Below are positions 22,201 through 36,738 of a stretch of 64,000 nucleotides of DNA, one piece after another. The position numbers were made by a program, and so were the translations under genes. The stretch covers positions 77,352,782 through 77,416,781 of the forward strand of contig NC_085842.1 of the NCBI RefSeq assembly GCF_035594765.1, written 5' to 3'. The stretch comes from Anolis carolinensis. Its lineage: Eukaryota. The notes under the pieces are model-generated. The model had not been told where the DNA came from. It was given only the letters and a program-made list of their open reading frames with translations, and did not search any database. How positions within the stretch are numbered: position 1 is the stretch's first letter; each line of letters opens with the position of its first letter.

Positions 22201-25200
22201 CTTTCCCGACCTGGTGCCAACACCGTCCCAAACTGCTGAAGGAGCTCAAAAGAAACAACTCAGGGACCTGAGAATGAAGACAACCAAGTGACACTGAAAG
22301 GCACGCACTCCTCCTCTTTTAGACTGTGTTTTTTAACTACCAAGGACTTGGCATCAAAGGCTGAAGCATACCAAGTATTTATGGAATATACAATGAAAAT
22401 GCTTTTAAATTAATCTATGTTGTCTTATGTTGTTCCTTGCCCGTGGATGTTAAAGGTTATGAAATAGTGTTGTCACTCAATGTAAGGTTTTGACTTCATC
22501 AAGCTTCTAAAATCTTTTCTAGAGCTATTGCTTTGGAAGACCATCTAGTCTTTCTGTATCAGTACTTCAATTGTTTTATTCAAATATTATAAAATAGCCC
22601 CAAACAGAGGATATTTTAAAATAACGGAGGGCATATAAAATATTTACTGTATTGTGCAAGAAAGCATATCCATTCCTTCAAGAATCCATTCCAACTTCTG
22701 TTTTGTAAATGTGTTAATCCTGTTAATTTATCAGTTTTAGCAACACTTTTTATCCTTTCAGTGCTATACAATAGATTATTAAATTGCCATTTTTCTTGAC
22801 TGTTTACACTCCACAAATTGGAATATCAAATTTCTTTAAAAATTAAATTAAAGACACCACTTGATATTTCATATCTTCTAACTGGAAACCTCTATAAGCA
22901 AAATTTCCTTTAAAGTGCACTCCTATCTTTTTCAATTATTTTAACCCATCTCCATTAATGTTTTAAGGATATTTTTTATATAGAGCATGAATATATTCCA
23001 CAAGATAACACCAAATTGTAAGCACTTTTTATTTAACAAAGGTCATTATACTTGTTTTTGTCTCTGAACATTTGTTAAGTACAAAAGCAAACTACAAACA
23101 GGTACCAGTTGAGCTTATGAAAAGAAAGGCTTGAAAATAACACCACCTTACATGGAATGAAAAAGATAGCAATAAATAGCACTGTTAAGGCAAGGTGCAA
23201 GACAAATCATGAAAAAGAAATGACTTCGAAGCAGTAGCATTATTAACATTATGGAAACATGTTTTGTTTCTTAAACCAAAGTCACTGCTTTGTGTTTTTT
23301 TTAAAGGTGAGAAATTTTGGGATTGTTATTAATACAAATCTGAGTCTTACAGTTATTTTGTCAGCCAAATTATATTGGCAAGATGAACTGAAAGGGATTC
23401 TTTACATGTGTCTGTAAAGCAGTTTTTTTTTCTGTAAAGCACGAGGCATGTAGATGTCCTATGAAAAATTTCTCCATTCCTCAAGACTGTTGAGTACTTT
23501 CTCTCTCTAAACCTTTGCTTCCCTACATTGTCATTGTAGAAAAGAAAGGAAACACACTGGAACATGAAGCTGTGCAGGTTTTCTAGTACTTGCGTGCATA
23601 GCTTAATGTGGTCTTGTTGATGAATTTGTGTAATGTTCTTACAACTAGGCGGTTGTCCCACATTTTGAAATGAGTCAAACAATATACCCTTGTGCATATT
23701 AACCTTCCATTTATATGTATTCAATAAAAGTGATACATTTTATCAGTAATTCTTGATGTGACAGAATTCGGCAAGCAGTAGATGGGGCCCAGAATTGGGT
23801 TGGTACACAACATCAGTTATGCTGTGGCAGCTGGAGGGAGAAAGCTTGCAGGCATGGAGTTGGAGAAACAGGCTGCTGAAAGCTGGCAGATTTTGTCTGT
23901 TGCCCTTGCCACCCCTGACAAAAATAAAAGGAACTACACAGTGTAGTACACCAACAGAATTCTGACTCTCAGGTGCCCTTTTCCACTACCCTGGCATTAT
24001 TATTCCTCTTGAACTATGATGCTGCATCCTATGGAACTGTGAAGATTGTAATTTGGGGAGGTGCTAGAACTCTCTTGAGTATTCTCAATGCGCCTCCCTG
24101 AACTGCAAATCCCACATTTCCATTGGCTGCTGCCAGTGCAATCAGTGTGGAATCATAACACTCTTAATTGGGTAGGTGAAAGCTTCCATATGTGTTAGTT
24201 CTTGAAAAGAGGGAAGTTTTGTCCTCTGGAGTAGGAACATTTTTATTCACTTTCTATGTCAATTAATTAACTGATTCTTGCCATGCTGTTAGCGCCAGAG
24301 CAACGCACAATGCACCATAAGTTTACAACTATAGCTGGGTGCTATCATAACCTGCCGCTGTGTTAAGTTTCTGTGTTCAGCAATATTTCGTTTTCAGCAA
24401 ATAAGCCATAAAAGCAATCTCATTTCAGAAAATGAAATGATTGTGTTACACTGTAAGTGCTTTAAATGTATTTCATCTTGTCAGGTAATATGCGTTTGAA
24501 TTGTGGGTCCCTTGTTACTGGAGTAGATGAGGATCAGAAAGTAGAGCTCTTGATCCACAAAAATTGAGTGCTGTGCAACAGTGTTCCCAAATTAATTCAG
24601 ATTGTCCTGTCACGAAACGTGCCCTAACTTCTTTGAATGCAGGCCAAGGGATGTGAACTATTTTTTTGCCATTTAGTGGGAAGGTACAACTTTGTGTAGT
24701 AAATGCTGGACTGATAAGACAACGCTCCTTTATTTAGATGATGCAATGGGCTTGTCTTCAGTGGTGGACAAAATATTTTCTTTTAAACTTTTCATAACCT
24801 GAGAGAAGTGTTTATTATCCTTGTTCATTTGATTCCATATTTCTCATTGTGTTCTAAAATTCTGTGGCTAAATATTTAATGTATAGTAGATATTTTTATA
24901 ATACAGACTATGATTACAGTGTTTCTTCTTGGATGTATAAGATATCCCACATGTTGTATGCAATTATAAATTTATGTCGATACTTGAAAATGAAAAGACT
25001 TGGGAAGCTCTGACTGGTTTTTTTTAAATTAAGCTGTGATTTTAAATGCAGAACTTAGAAGTCAGTCCCTCTTTGAATCTAATAATTGGACTTGCTTCCA
25101 AGTAAATGAGGTTAAGATTGGGATGTTCCATTTTTTATGTTTTCCATCAGTTCCAGTGACCATCTTTAGAAGATTTACATTTCAACCGGACTGCTGAAAT

Positions 25201-25536
25201 ATTAAAGGGTAAATGCAAGAAATCCTTAAATGCAAAGGATAAATGTAAGGCTTGGTTAGTAGCAGTTTCCTATTAAGTGTATGCTTGAGGGCAAATCTAT
25301 ATTTGCAACTTTATTGTATGTGAAACAGCCTTTAGGGAGTACTATGAAGTCCAAGGTGTTATGAAAAGTATATGCTATAATTTCTGTATGGTGGACCCAA
25401 ATGATTTTGAATGACTTTTTAGTTCAGATGCGACTTAAATGTACGTGCTAGTTCTGATGCAATCTTTTGCTGTATTGGGCTTTCAAGTTAGTTTTTTAAA
25501 GGAGATGTGAATTTTATGTAGCCTAAACTCCGAAAT

Positions 25537-25542
25537 AATAAA
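25537..25542 (+). terminator. Candidate polyadenylation signal for the PFKFB4 exon-B 3' UTR (alternative candidate at 23723-23728)
   Basis: AATAAA at the end of a largely TE-poor AU-rich stretch, followed by U-rich sequence. Confidence 0.35.
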
Positions 25543-28500
25543 TATTCAATTTTAAATTCCAAGGAGTGTACTTAATTTCTTTCCCAATCTTCGTATCCTT
25601 TCTGACTTAGGTTTGTAGTGCATAAACCTCAATTCTAGCCAAAATGAAACCAATGAGTTCTAAACATGACCAATGTTTGTGGTTTTGGTTGTTGGCGCCC
25701 TTCCAGTAAGGAGTACACATTTTCCCAGCTGCAACTCCTGTGGGGCATAATGTCATGTATATCTTTGAGCACCAGTAGACCTCTGTGCCATCACCAAAAT
25801 CATGGAAACTCTTCCTTTTTACTTTGCAAAAATCTTACTTCAAGATTACAAAACTAGCCCAGATAGGGAGGGAAGTAGAAGAAATGTATAGGAAGGTGCA
25901 CCTTTTCTGTAGCTACCATGACTTCAGAGTGGAGTTGGAAATTGTCCATCAAGGTGCCTTCCAACTTCATATCATTCCTTGTGGATGCTGTTGAGTGCTA
26001 GATCTGTACTTGTTAGTGAGGTGATCACTTAAATTGCATGAATTCCATCCATGTCAGTTTTCTAGAAAACTGACAAATCTGGGTTTTTGACCCACTACCT
26101 TCTTGCTGACCACAATTTATTTGAGGGCAAATCTATAAGGTAGTGGCGAAACGCTTGGCTAACCACAATAAAGGATATCATACCATCTCTAGTCTCTAAA
26201 AAGTTGCCTCAACAAGTTGCATTTTCCTGCCATTTTGGAGTTGAGGTACAGTAGTTACCTTGACCCGTGGATACATTGACTTAGGTTTTTTGGACTGATT
26301 TCTTGATTAAAATTTCTAGACTTAGACATGAGTAAATATAGTAGGCTTTTGACAAAACTATTCACCATTATATAGCTATGTCCTCTCCCCCAGCCTGGGC
26401 ACTGGGCAAAGGCTGCTAGATAGTTCCAGGCTGTGAGTGAAGATGTGCACAAGGGGGCTGTCCCTAAATATGCAGGGAAGAAAAGAGTAGTATCTGTTTT
26501 ACTATCACCACCATAAGTATGATGATGTAGATGAACACTCCTTCAGCAATTCAGCTGACTCTTAGCCTCTATCTTGTATGGGCTGGTAGCTTGTAAGTAA
26601 TTGTTTATAAATATTCAATATGACTGCAAGTGTACTTGAGGCAGAGAGAAGGAAATGGCACACCATCCTCAGACAATCCTTACACAGTCCAAGTATTTAT
26701 TTCTTGAATGTTTTTTAGTGAGGTCATAATTAAGATAAATGTCACTAACAGACATAAGCTTATTTTTAAAGACGATTTTCCAAGAAATCAATGCCTTCAA
26801 ATAATCAGCATATTTTCCGAATGATTTTTTACTTTATTAAATCATACTTTAATCTTAACCTTATGGCTTTGCATTAATATAAAATGATTGTTTTTTGTTT
26901 AAAGAAGCATTTGTGAATAATCTGTAACCTGCTCCTACAAACAAGTGCACTTAACCGTTAATTGATTTTGATGCTGTTAAGGAGTTGTTCCAAGGTATTT
27001 GAACATTCCTAAGTTTGAAATATCATATTTGCTTATGTATATGTCGATGTGTTGTGAAAGTCAATGATAGTTTTGGGGTCAAAATTGTGGATTTTTATAT
27101 GACTCGTGAATAAGTTAAGGGTTATTTCAGTGGAAATCCATCACATGAGCCAGGTGCTCTAGCTGATGCCATTTTCTTATCCAGGCATTCAGAAAAATTG
27201 TTTGATACTCTATTTAGGGAAGTGGGTGGCTTTTAAAAAAATAGAAGTTAAGGTATAGTACTAATTCTTAACAAAAAAGAAGCAATGACTTTCTCTACTC
27301 CCTTGGCACTCCTTTGAGGGGGAGTGCCATAAAGCCAACACTGCCCTTTTCCCACCCAGGCATACAAAAAGGCCTGCAAATGCACTGTGTCAGAGAAAGC
27401 AGAGGGGGTTGGCACTTCTTTTAGGTTTGGGTCCATTTTTTTTATTAATGTGTCTACGAGTTTATACAGTAACGCTTTTGTAAAGGCCAGTGTGGCGTAG
27501 TGGTTTGAGTGTTGGCCTAGGACAGGGCTTCCTAAATCTTTTCAACTCATGACCCCTTTCTGCCTGATAAATTTTATTTGCAATGCTTGCTAAACAGGCT
27601 GACTTTCCATTCTATGAAGTACAGCTGAAACATGTTCTGCAGAATCCACTGTAAATACAGCATGCTTTTTGTAACCTTATTATGCAGGAGTGTTATTATT
27701 TGCTGCTTTAGAACTCAGCATTGTTCAGTTGCTCAAGAAATTTGTCCTACTCCCTAAATATTTGCAAGGAGGCCTCATTTAAACAATAAACTGGTCATAT
27801 AGAAAAAATAAAGAGCCCAAACTTTTATTCATCTGTATAGAGGCCACAGAAAAGGATCAACAATTTTCTGCAATACAATTTATGATGCTCAGTTAGAAAA
27901 ATGGGATAGACTTTGCAATAAAGCTTACATTTCAACATGGGATGAATTTGATGATGATGTTGTAATGCTTGACATTACCTAATGCCCAATGGTATTTTGT
28001 GAACTGGAAAATTCACATATAGCTCTTTCCTAGAAATAATTCCCTAGAAAGCTTCTGTTTTACATCAGGCCAGCTATGCAGATCAGTCATTGCTAGAATC
28101 CCATTAACTTCCCAATTGTGTGAAGTATTTGTGTGGTCAACCATCTTATAAAAGTTTTGTTAAACAAGAAGTTAAATTCGTAAAGCCTGTTAAATTCTTA
28201 CTATATTATTTTTCCTCTTTTTAAAACATTTACAAATATATCATATGTGTAGAAATGGAAAATTACACTGCAGCGTATAAAGGAATAATTCCTAGGAAGT
28301 ATTGTGTTGCCTGCTTTCCCAGCCAAGGTGTCTGCTGTTGATGGCTAGAGAATAAATATTTTTAGTAACCTATGAAACTTGGCACATGGAAAGGATGTTT
28401 TCCAGTGAGCTGTAACTTAACTATGCGAAAAACCATGTGGCTGTGTTTCAGCCATGGCAGCTAGAGCTTAAGTGAGAGTCTGGGCATTTCAATCAGCTTC

Positions 28501-28719
28501 AGTAGTCAAGGATGCTCAGATTTAAACATGTAGGAGCCATACCAAGGGAACCATTTAGCCAAGGGAAATGCCGAAACCACTTATTCTTCACATGATTTGA
28601 GACATCATTCAATACTTTAATGTAATAGAAATATGTAATTGGTTCAGAAGGGGACCTTACTAAAATGAATGGAATAGTACATTCAGTGATCTTAAACAGA
28701 AAAGTCCTGCACATGATCT

Positions 28720-28945
28720 TGTTATGTGCCTTTAAATTGTTTCTGAGTTATGGCAACCTTAAGGCGGGCATATCACTGGGTTTCTTAATAAGATTTATTC
28801 AGAGGAGTTTGCCTTTGCCTTCCTCTGAGGCTGAGAGTGTGTGACTTGTCTAAAGTCACCCAATGGGTTTCCATAGCTTAGTAGAGATTTGTATCCAAGT
28901 TTTTAAGAGTCACAGTTCAACGTTCAAACCACTACACTGTGCTAG
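28720..28945 (-). mobile_element. tRNA-derived SINE (Anolis SINE2/MIR-like)
   Basis: gccttcctctgaggctgagagtgtgtgacttg...caaaccactacact. Confidence 0.7.
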
Positions 28946-29963
28946 CTCCCCATGTATAGGTCCAACAAAGATTTTACATATTTGTATTGTGCCGGCTTTT
29001 ATGCCTGCTATCATTTCTAAGTCCAGATGATTCTATTCTATGCTTTTGTCGGAATTTACCATAGTCAGGAGGACCTAGCAAATTTATAGAAAGGATACCT
29101 CTATGTATTTTATAGTTCTATGGTAACTACTGGTGGAAGAATCCAGTTTCCCAATTCCATTGTAAGTTCAGGAGCATATTGTCTGCAGATACAGGGGTTG
29201 TACATAGCTAGAAGTGTTCTTAGGTACATGCCAGTTATTGCAGTGAACAGGCAATCTGTTCTCTATTGATGCTTACTAAGCAGCACCACAAAGTGATGGA
29301 ATTTGTATCTCCCTATGCCTAGAATTCTGTAGGTGACATAGTTACATAACTTCATATACTGTGAGATCTTGCAGGAGGAGGTATCCAGTACCTCTTTTTT
29401 CAATGCCAAGAGGTGGGGAAGGCTATTAGGTGCAGCTACACTGCCTTGGCCAAAGTCTGGCTGTAGGGTGCATTGCAACAGCCCTCATGTGCCCTTACAT
29501 TTGGGATGGGAGCTGTTTTGCTTTTCCTAGGTGCATGATGCTAGCTAGAGTAAACCATGCAGATAGTCAATAGCCAGGAGGGCAGAGGTGCAGGACATTT
29601 AAGCTCTGTTAGCTTACGGGATCTCAGCCTAAGTGTGCTTCAGACCTGAATCTCACTATGTGTTCTTTAGGCTATGGGTCAAATTTGGGTTGTGTGACCA
29701 TGACAGTCCAACAAGGAAATGGGACACGTTTTAAGAATTGCAATAGCTTTCATGATCCTTTAATGTGCATTCTTTCATGAACACTGATGAATAACAAGAA
29801 CTGCTGAAAAAGATTGTAAACTTGTTAGAATAAGGCCCTGCACAGCACTGCAGCAATTGATGGCACTTAGGAAATAAAAACAGCAATGTTTGAAACCCAA
29901 AATCAACTGAATAAAAATTCAAGTTATTTCATTTGATGTAAAAGAACTGGCTAGTCATTTTGT

Positions 29964-29969
29964 TTTATT
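29964..29969 (-). terminator. PRKCD polyadenylation signal
   Basis: AATAAA on - about 370 nt after the stop codon, followed by U-rich sequence. Confidence 0.55.
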
Positions 29970-30335
29970 TAAAAGAAACCTATCTTTCACCTCATGAGCA
30001 CAATATACAGCATATACATATATATTTCCTTCTGATGCTTAGCTACACTCAAATACACCCCCTGCCCCCCACACACAAACACACACAAACAATTTACATT
30101 TTCCCACTGAAGAGAAAACCATGTACACATGATTCACAAGGATACTTAATCATGCAAGGTGAAGGATACCGCCAATTTCTAAAGAATTAACAGTTTAACA
30201 ATTTGTTACTCTTCAGTGTTTTTCGAAATGAAGTTGAAGAGATGACCGTATCCTTAGATATCCTTGCTTTTCACATGGAGTGCTGGAATGTTTTCATTTA
30301 CAACTGGACCTCAATAGTTCTGCTATTTGGGAGAA

Positions 30336-30536
<201 letters not shown>

Positions 30537-30814
30537 TTAATCAATATGGAGGAAATGTGATTCATAGGCCAGGAACTCCTATGAGTAAAAAAAAAATATG
30601 TTTGCTATTAAAAAAATATTTTGCCACAATATGTCCTCTATGGGGCATGGGCTGCATTTAGTGTGGTGGAAATGCAGGGCCAGTTTAAGCTCAAGGAGAT
30701 GACCTTTTTGGAAAAGGAAGTGAGCTCATTCTTCTGAAAAAGGCCTCTTCTGGGTCTAAAACGACAGGAGAAAGGACAAAATGTGTGAAAATGTCTCAAA
30801 TGCCACCTAGTGCA

Positions 30815-30941
30815 TTTGGAGGCTTTTAAGCAGAGGCTGGATGGCCATCTGTCGGGGGTGCTTTGAATGCAATTTCCTGCTTCTTGGCAGGGGGCTGGAC
30901 TGGATGGCTCACGGGGTCTCTTCCAGCTCTATGATTCTATG
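30815..30941 (+). mobile_element. CR1 LINE extreme 3' end
   Basis: ggaggcttttaagcagaggctggatggccatctg...ctctatgattctatg. Confidence 0.85.
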
Positions 30942-31189
30942 GAGACCATTATTTACTTGCTTGTGTGTGGGAGCAATTGCAATGGACAAATGTGGCCTTC
31001 CAAGGGGTGTGTGTGTGTGGAGTACAGCCCCTTAATCTTCCATAGCTGCCTACCCCAAATCTATAACTGTTGGTCATTATACTACTAGGAATCTATTTTA
31101 ACTAGCATGGCAACATCCTATGTAATGCTGGGGTCTGTTCAAGTCTTCCCTGAATAGGATAACTCCAAGCATAACTCCAAGCATGACAT

Positions 31190-31290
31190 TTTTTATTTGT
31201 TGTTTTATCCCACTCCCACCCTCCCCTCCTTGTTCATACAATTTATACAGCAAACTACAGAAGTTACATTTGAAATATCAATCTCAATCT
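31190..31290 (-). mobile_element. Short poly(A)-tailed retroposed fragment with 18-bp TSD
   Basis: Direct repeat TAACTCCAAGCATGACAT at 31172-31189 and 31291-31308; insert ends AATAAAAAA on -. Confidence 0.55.
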
Positions 31291-32424
31291 TAACTCCAAG
31301 CATGACATAACTATGCTGGGTAGGGAGTTGTAATTCCATCATATCTGTAGGCCAGATACTTGGATGATGTGGCCTCAAGTTCATGAAATATCATGCTGCA
31401 ATAAATGCATTTATCTTTTACATGTCACAATGCTTGGCTTTTAAAAACTAGTTAACAGAACAATCCCTTTTGGGGGTGGTGGTGGGAGAAGACATTATTC
31501 CACATTTTCTAGCTATAGTTGCTACCATTCCAAACTTAAGCAATCACTGCTCATAAGCCGAACACATGCTAGTTTGCAAAAGATTTGGTGCAATTCTTGA
31601 TATATTTCAGACTTCCTAGAGGTGTGGAAACAAAGTGTTAAATACAAGAAATTTCAATAATCAAAACTCTGCAGGAAATTGTGTTTTTAGGTTGAGTCAT
31701 ATTAAAAGCATATAGAAACTGTTCCAAACAAAGAATATAGAAATGTTGGGAAATAACTTCAGGAAAAACAGGAATTTTCCTCCAGCAAATCAACATCTAG
31801 TCATTGAGTTTATGGAGTGGCCATAAGTTCTATTTATTTCACAGGATGGCAGTAATACGTTTTTAAAATGAAATGAGGTAGGGGTGCAAACTGATAGAGA
31901 GCCACTCCCAGCTCTCCAATTAATAATTCAGAACTTAAGTGTTGCAGTCCTTTATTTGAAAAATATCTGACAATACACTAACCCCCTCTGCTTTTACAGG
32001 GTTATGAACGCAAGGCTCCTGTGAAAGTGGAAAAAACATCAATTAAAAAATGTTCAAGGTTCATGATCTTGAGGAGCGAGATAATCCTAGAGAGAAGATA
32101 TTAATCAAATCCACAAATAATCAAATCTGCAAAAATTTAAACCTGCTAATGTGGAGGGCCAGCAATATTCTAAAATGCGTATTTTAAGAGATAACTGCTT
32201 AAGCTATGTGTATCTTTAAAACTGAATGTACAACGAAGTGTGTCTTTTCTTTCTGTCTGTCTTGAGGTGCATGAATGGCAGAATTACACTGGAGGTGTAT
32301 ATATAAAACAGACATAAGACTTAAGATTCCTAAAGTGATACCACATATGCTACTCATAGTTTCTAGATACAATACTGGAATAAAAATGCTATGGAGAAAT
32401 GCAGCTGAGTGTCATACAGGCTCA

Positions 32425-32565
<141 letters not shown>

Positions 32566-33742
32566 CTACAAAAGATGACAAAATAACATATTTAAATGAC
32601 AGCATGACTTGTCTGGGTTGGTAAGAGGCCGGAATTGATTTATGTGGTGGAATCTACAGAGCTTTAGTCATCTTGGCTTCTCCTGTAAGCACTTTGTGCT
32701 CTGTCTGTGCTGGCAGGAATTTTAAAAAGCCACTGTCACAGGCGCTGGAGAAACAGGCTGTGTATGTGCTTCCCCTTGTGCACTGTAAAATCTTGGAAAA
32801 AGTGGAACCACGAAGATCAAGAACCAACAAGATTCCAGCCAGAAGATGACATGTAACAGTTTCCCACCACTATCCTCTTCCTTTGGAGGAATCCCTGTAG
32901 CTGCAATTTGGGAGTACAGAGGGTTTAGGTTCATGGTTTTCAGTCCAGGGTAGTGCTTTGGCTGGGGAGAAAGTAATGCCAGATATATCCCACTGTCCCA
33001 ACATGGCTCACTGTCCCAAGGCAACATATGACACTGTATTATTATTGTTGTTTATTTTTATCTCATTTTTCCTCCCACGGGTGGGACTCAAAGCAGGGAA
33101 CAAATGGTAAAAACAAAACTACATAATATAATAACACAGCATATTTCCCCAAAACAACATATAACAATAAACCAGGCACAATACATAAACAAATTACATA
33201 GCATATAAATAAGCATAAAAATAAACAACACATATCATTATCATTACAATTATCAAAATCATTAAAATCCCTAGGCCTCAGGCCACTGGAGTTGTCCTAG
33301 AAACATTGTAATAACAAGACTCAAAGCTCCACAGCTTTAGCCACATGAGTCTTGCCTGACTGAGATAGCTTGCCATTATGGGATGTTGGGGAAGGCCAGC
33401 TGGTTGTAATCTGGAGCAAAAGGCCAATAACGAAGGGGCCAAGTGCACCTCTTTGGGGAGGGAGTTCCAGAGCCAGGGGACCACCATTGTAATAGCAATG
33501 GATAGATCAATACTAATCTCAATTTTACTGAGGATGGAGACTTAGGATGCATGTACACCACATATGTCAAACACAAGGCCCATGGGCCAGATCCAACCCG
33601 CCACATCATTTTATGTGGTCTGCGAGGCTTTCAATGCCAGGGAAACATAGTTACATTTACACAGTCTTACAATTACAAACGACCCTTTGAAGGCAACCTT
33701 AAGGCTGATGTGACCCTCTCAGTGAAAATGGGTTTGACACCT

Positions 33743-33961
33743 CTGATCGACACTTTAGAATTAATGCAGTCTGGTATCACTTTAACTGACATGGCTCAAT
33801 GCTATGGAATCACGGGAGTTGCAGTTTTACAAATTCTTTGGTTTTCTCTGCCCAAGAAAGCTGGTGCCCATCAAACTAAAAGCTCTCAGGATTCCATAGC
33901 ATTGAACCATGGCAGTTAAAGTGATGGCAAACTACATTAATTCTACAGTGTAGATGTATCC
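33743..33961. mobile_element. Palindromic MITE (Harbinger-like), adjacent to a hAT-like remnant at ~33560-33743
   Basis: agaattaatgcagt...actttaactg..atggctcaatgctatggaatc and its inverted copy gattccatagcattgaaccatggcagttaaagtg...attaattctacagtgtagat. Confidence 0.7.
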
Positions 33962-33982
33962 TTCATTTCTTTGAATACTCTA

Positions 33983-34393
<411 letters not shown>

Positions 34394-35329
34394 TTATCTT
34401 CAAGAAGTATAAAAACCAGAGCTTTGTTTTTTTTTTTACCAGTTAAGGCATCATAGATAATTCAGATACAGTATTTTTATTTGCTACAAAATCTTTATTT
34501 TCAGAGTTTATGTGACTGTATTTTATCCCCTTGGTTTCTCTGGCTGCATTCCGAGATAGCAATCAATTGTATGTAGTTAATTGTTAGGAACCTTTTGCTT
34601 TAACTTACAACAAACTGCAGCAGAGATCTATATCTGAACTCAACCTACTCCTTCATTTGGTTTTGTGGCAGTTGACATGGTTCAAAACATCACTTGGATC
34701 TTACTTTGAGAGAAAGGCAAAATATATATTTAATAAATTATTGAACAAAGGTTATGATTGGCTAGCTTCGTACTTTATGCTGAGCTAGCATTATTCTGCC
34801 GAACTGCAGTATAGCCAAAAGTTTTAATTTTGCCGCTGCAATGGAAGAGAGAAGATGAGGGAGTAAAGCTTTCTGCAGCTCATGTAGGTAAAAATAAATG
34901 TACGACTGTGTCCAAAAATATGTTTCAAAGCAGCTGCCATTAAACATTATTTATTTATGATTTATGGTAATCAAATTGTGATGTTAAGACATCACATAAT
35001 TAAATGCTGTATTGGTAATATATGCTCTATATAAACAGATTACAATAGGCCCTCAGTAGCCGCTGGGTTTTGGTTCAAGTCCCCATTCGGGTCCATGGAG
35101 GTTCAATTTCCATTATATGCAACAGCATAGTAAAATGGTGTCCCTTATATAAAATAGTAATGAATTCAAATAAGTACTGGAGAGAGACTGAGGATCTGTG
35201 AAATGATTGGAGGCTGCTTTAGTGCAGTATGTGCCAAAATTCATGTTTTACCCCTTTCCATTTTCTCCCCCCAAATATTTTCAAGCTATGGTTGGTTCAG
35301 ACCATGAATGCAGAACCCATGGATTGGAT

Positions 35330-35330
35330 A

Positions 35331-35373
<43 letters not shown>
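35330..35373. repeat. (CAT)n microsatellite
   Basis: About 14 CAT units; source of the spurious poly-H/poly-S ORFs. Confidence 0.95.
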
Positions 35374-35375
<2 letters not shown>

Positions 35376-35510
35376 TTTTATTTATTACCCACTTCCCTTA
35401 GTGGCTCGAGGTGGGGTACAGCAAATTCAAAACACAGGAACATAGAATACTTACAATAAAATACATAGATAAAACACACCAATATAAAAAAAACATAGAG
35501 CCAACTGCAA

Positions 35511-36323
35511 TCTATATACAGTAGAGTCTCACTTATCCAAGCTAAACGGGACGGCAGAAGCTTGGATAAGCGAATATCTTGGATAATAAGGAGGGATTAA
35601 GGAAAAGCCTATTAAACATCAAATTAGGTTATGATTTTATAAATTAAGCACCAAAACTTCATGTTATACAACAAATTTGACAGAAAAAGTAGTTCAATAC
35701 GCAGTAATGTTATGTTGTAATTACTGTATTTATGAATTTAGCACCAAAATATCACGATATATTGAAAACATTGACTACAAAAATGGCTTGGATTATCCAG
35801 AGGCTTGGATAAGCGAGGCTTGGATAAGTGAGACTCTACTGTATATAAAAGGGTAATGAAATTTCGGCCTAGGATAAAACAACAAAACTACACTTCCCAG
35901 AAACACTAAACTTGGCAGCACAACCCCTCATCCATGCCTCTACGTTCATACAACAAAAAGAAAAGAAAAATAAAGTCCTAATTAGAGGGAGAGGAATAAT
36001 TGTTTTTATCCAATTGCTGCCAGTTAGAAGGCTAAGCTCCGCCCACTTGGTCTCCTAGCAACCCACTCAGCCCAGGGGACAGGCAGAGTTAGGCCTTTTA
36101 GGCCTCTTCCACACTGCCTATAAAATACAGATTATCTGATTTTAACTGGATTATATGACAGTGCAGACTCAAGGCCCTTCCACACAGCTATATAACCCAT
36201 TTATAATGGACTTAATGTAAGGTAAAACCTTTATCCTTTACCTTAACTACCACCAATTCCTCAATACTTTATTTCCCATACCACCATACTTCGCCACAGC
36301 AACACGTGGCTGGGCACAGCTAG
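35511..36323 (+). mobile_element. Non-autonomous Helitron
   Basis: A|TC 5' end at 35511; subterminal hairpin gccacagcaacacgtggc; CTAG|T 3' end at 36323; inserted between A and T, no TSD. Confidence 0.82.
35519..35841. mobile_element. Tc1/mariner-type MITE nested in the Helitron 5' end
   Basis: TIR CAGTAGAGTCTCACTTATCCAAG with TA flanks. Confidence 0.92.
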
Positions 36324-36415
36324 TTATATATAAAGTTGTTTTCATTTTATTATTTATTCAGATAATAATTTCTAATTGCCATTGGGCAAACACTTACTAT
36401 ATGAATTGATAACCA

Positions 36416-36738
36416 CAGTAGAGTCTCGCTTATCCAACATAAACGGGCCGGCAGAATGTTGGATAAGCGAATATGTTGGATAATAAGGAGGCATTAAGGA
36501 AAAGCTTATTAAACATCAAATTAGGTAATGATTTTACAAATGAAGCACCAAAACATCATGTTAGACAACAAATTTGGCAGAAAAAGTAGTTCAATACACA
36601 GTAATGCTATGTAGTAATTACTGTATTTATGAATTTAGCACCAAAATATTACGATATATTGAAAACATTGACTACAAAAATGCGTTGGATAATCCAGAAT
36701 GTTGGATAAGCGAGTGTTGGATAAGTGAGACTCTACTG
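36416..36738. mobile_element. Tc1/mariner-type MITE
   Basis: Same TIRs and interior as 17088-17410. Confidence 0.92.

Noticed and set aside
26518-26560. ATGATGA...CTGA as a second C/D snoRNA
   Set aside because: Only ~40 nt between boxes, no terminal stem, probably intergenic.
35207-35459. Poly-His and poly-Ser ORFs
   Set aside because: Translations of the (CAT)n microsatellite.
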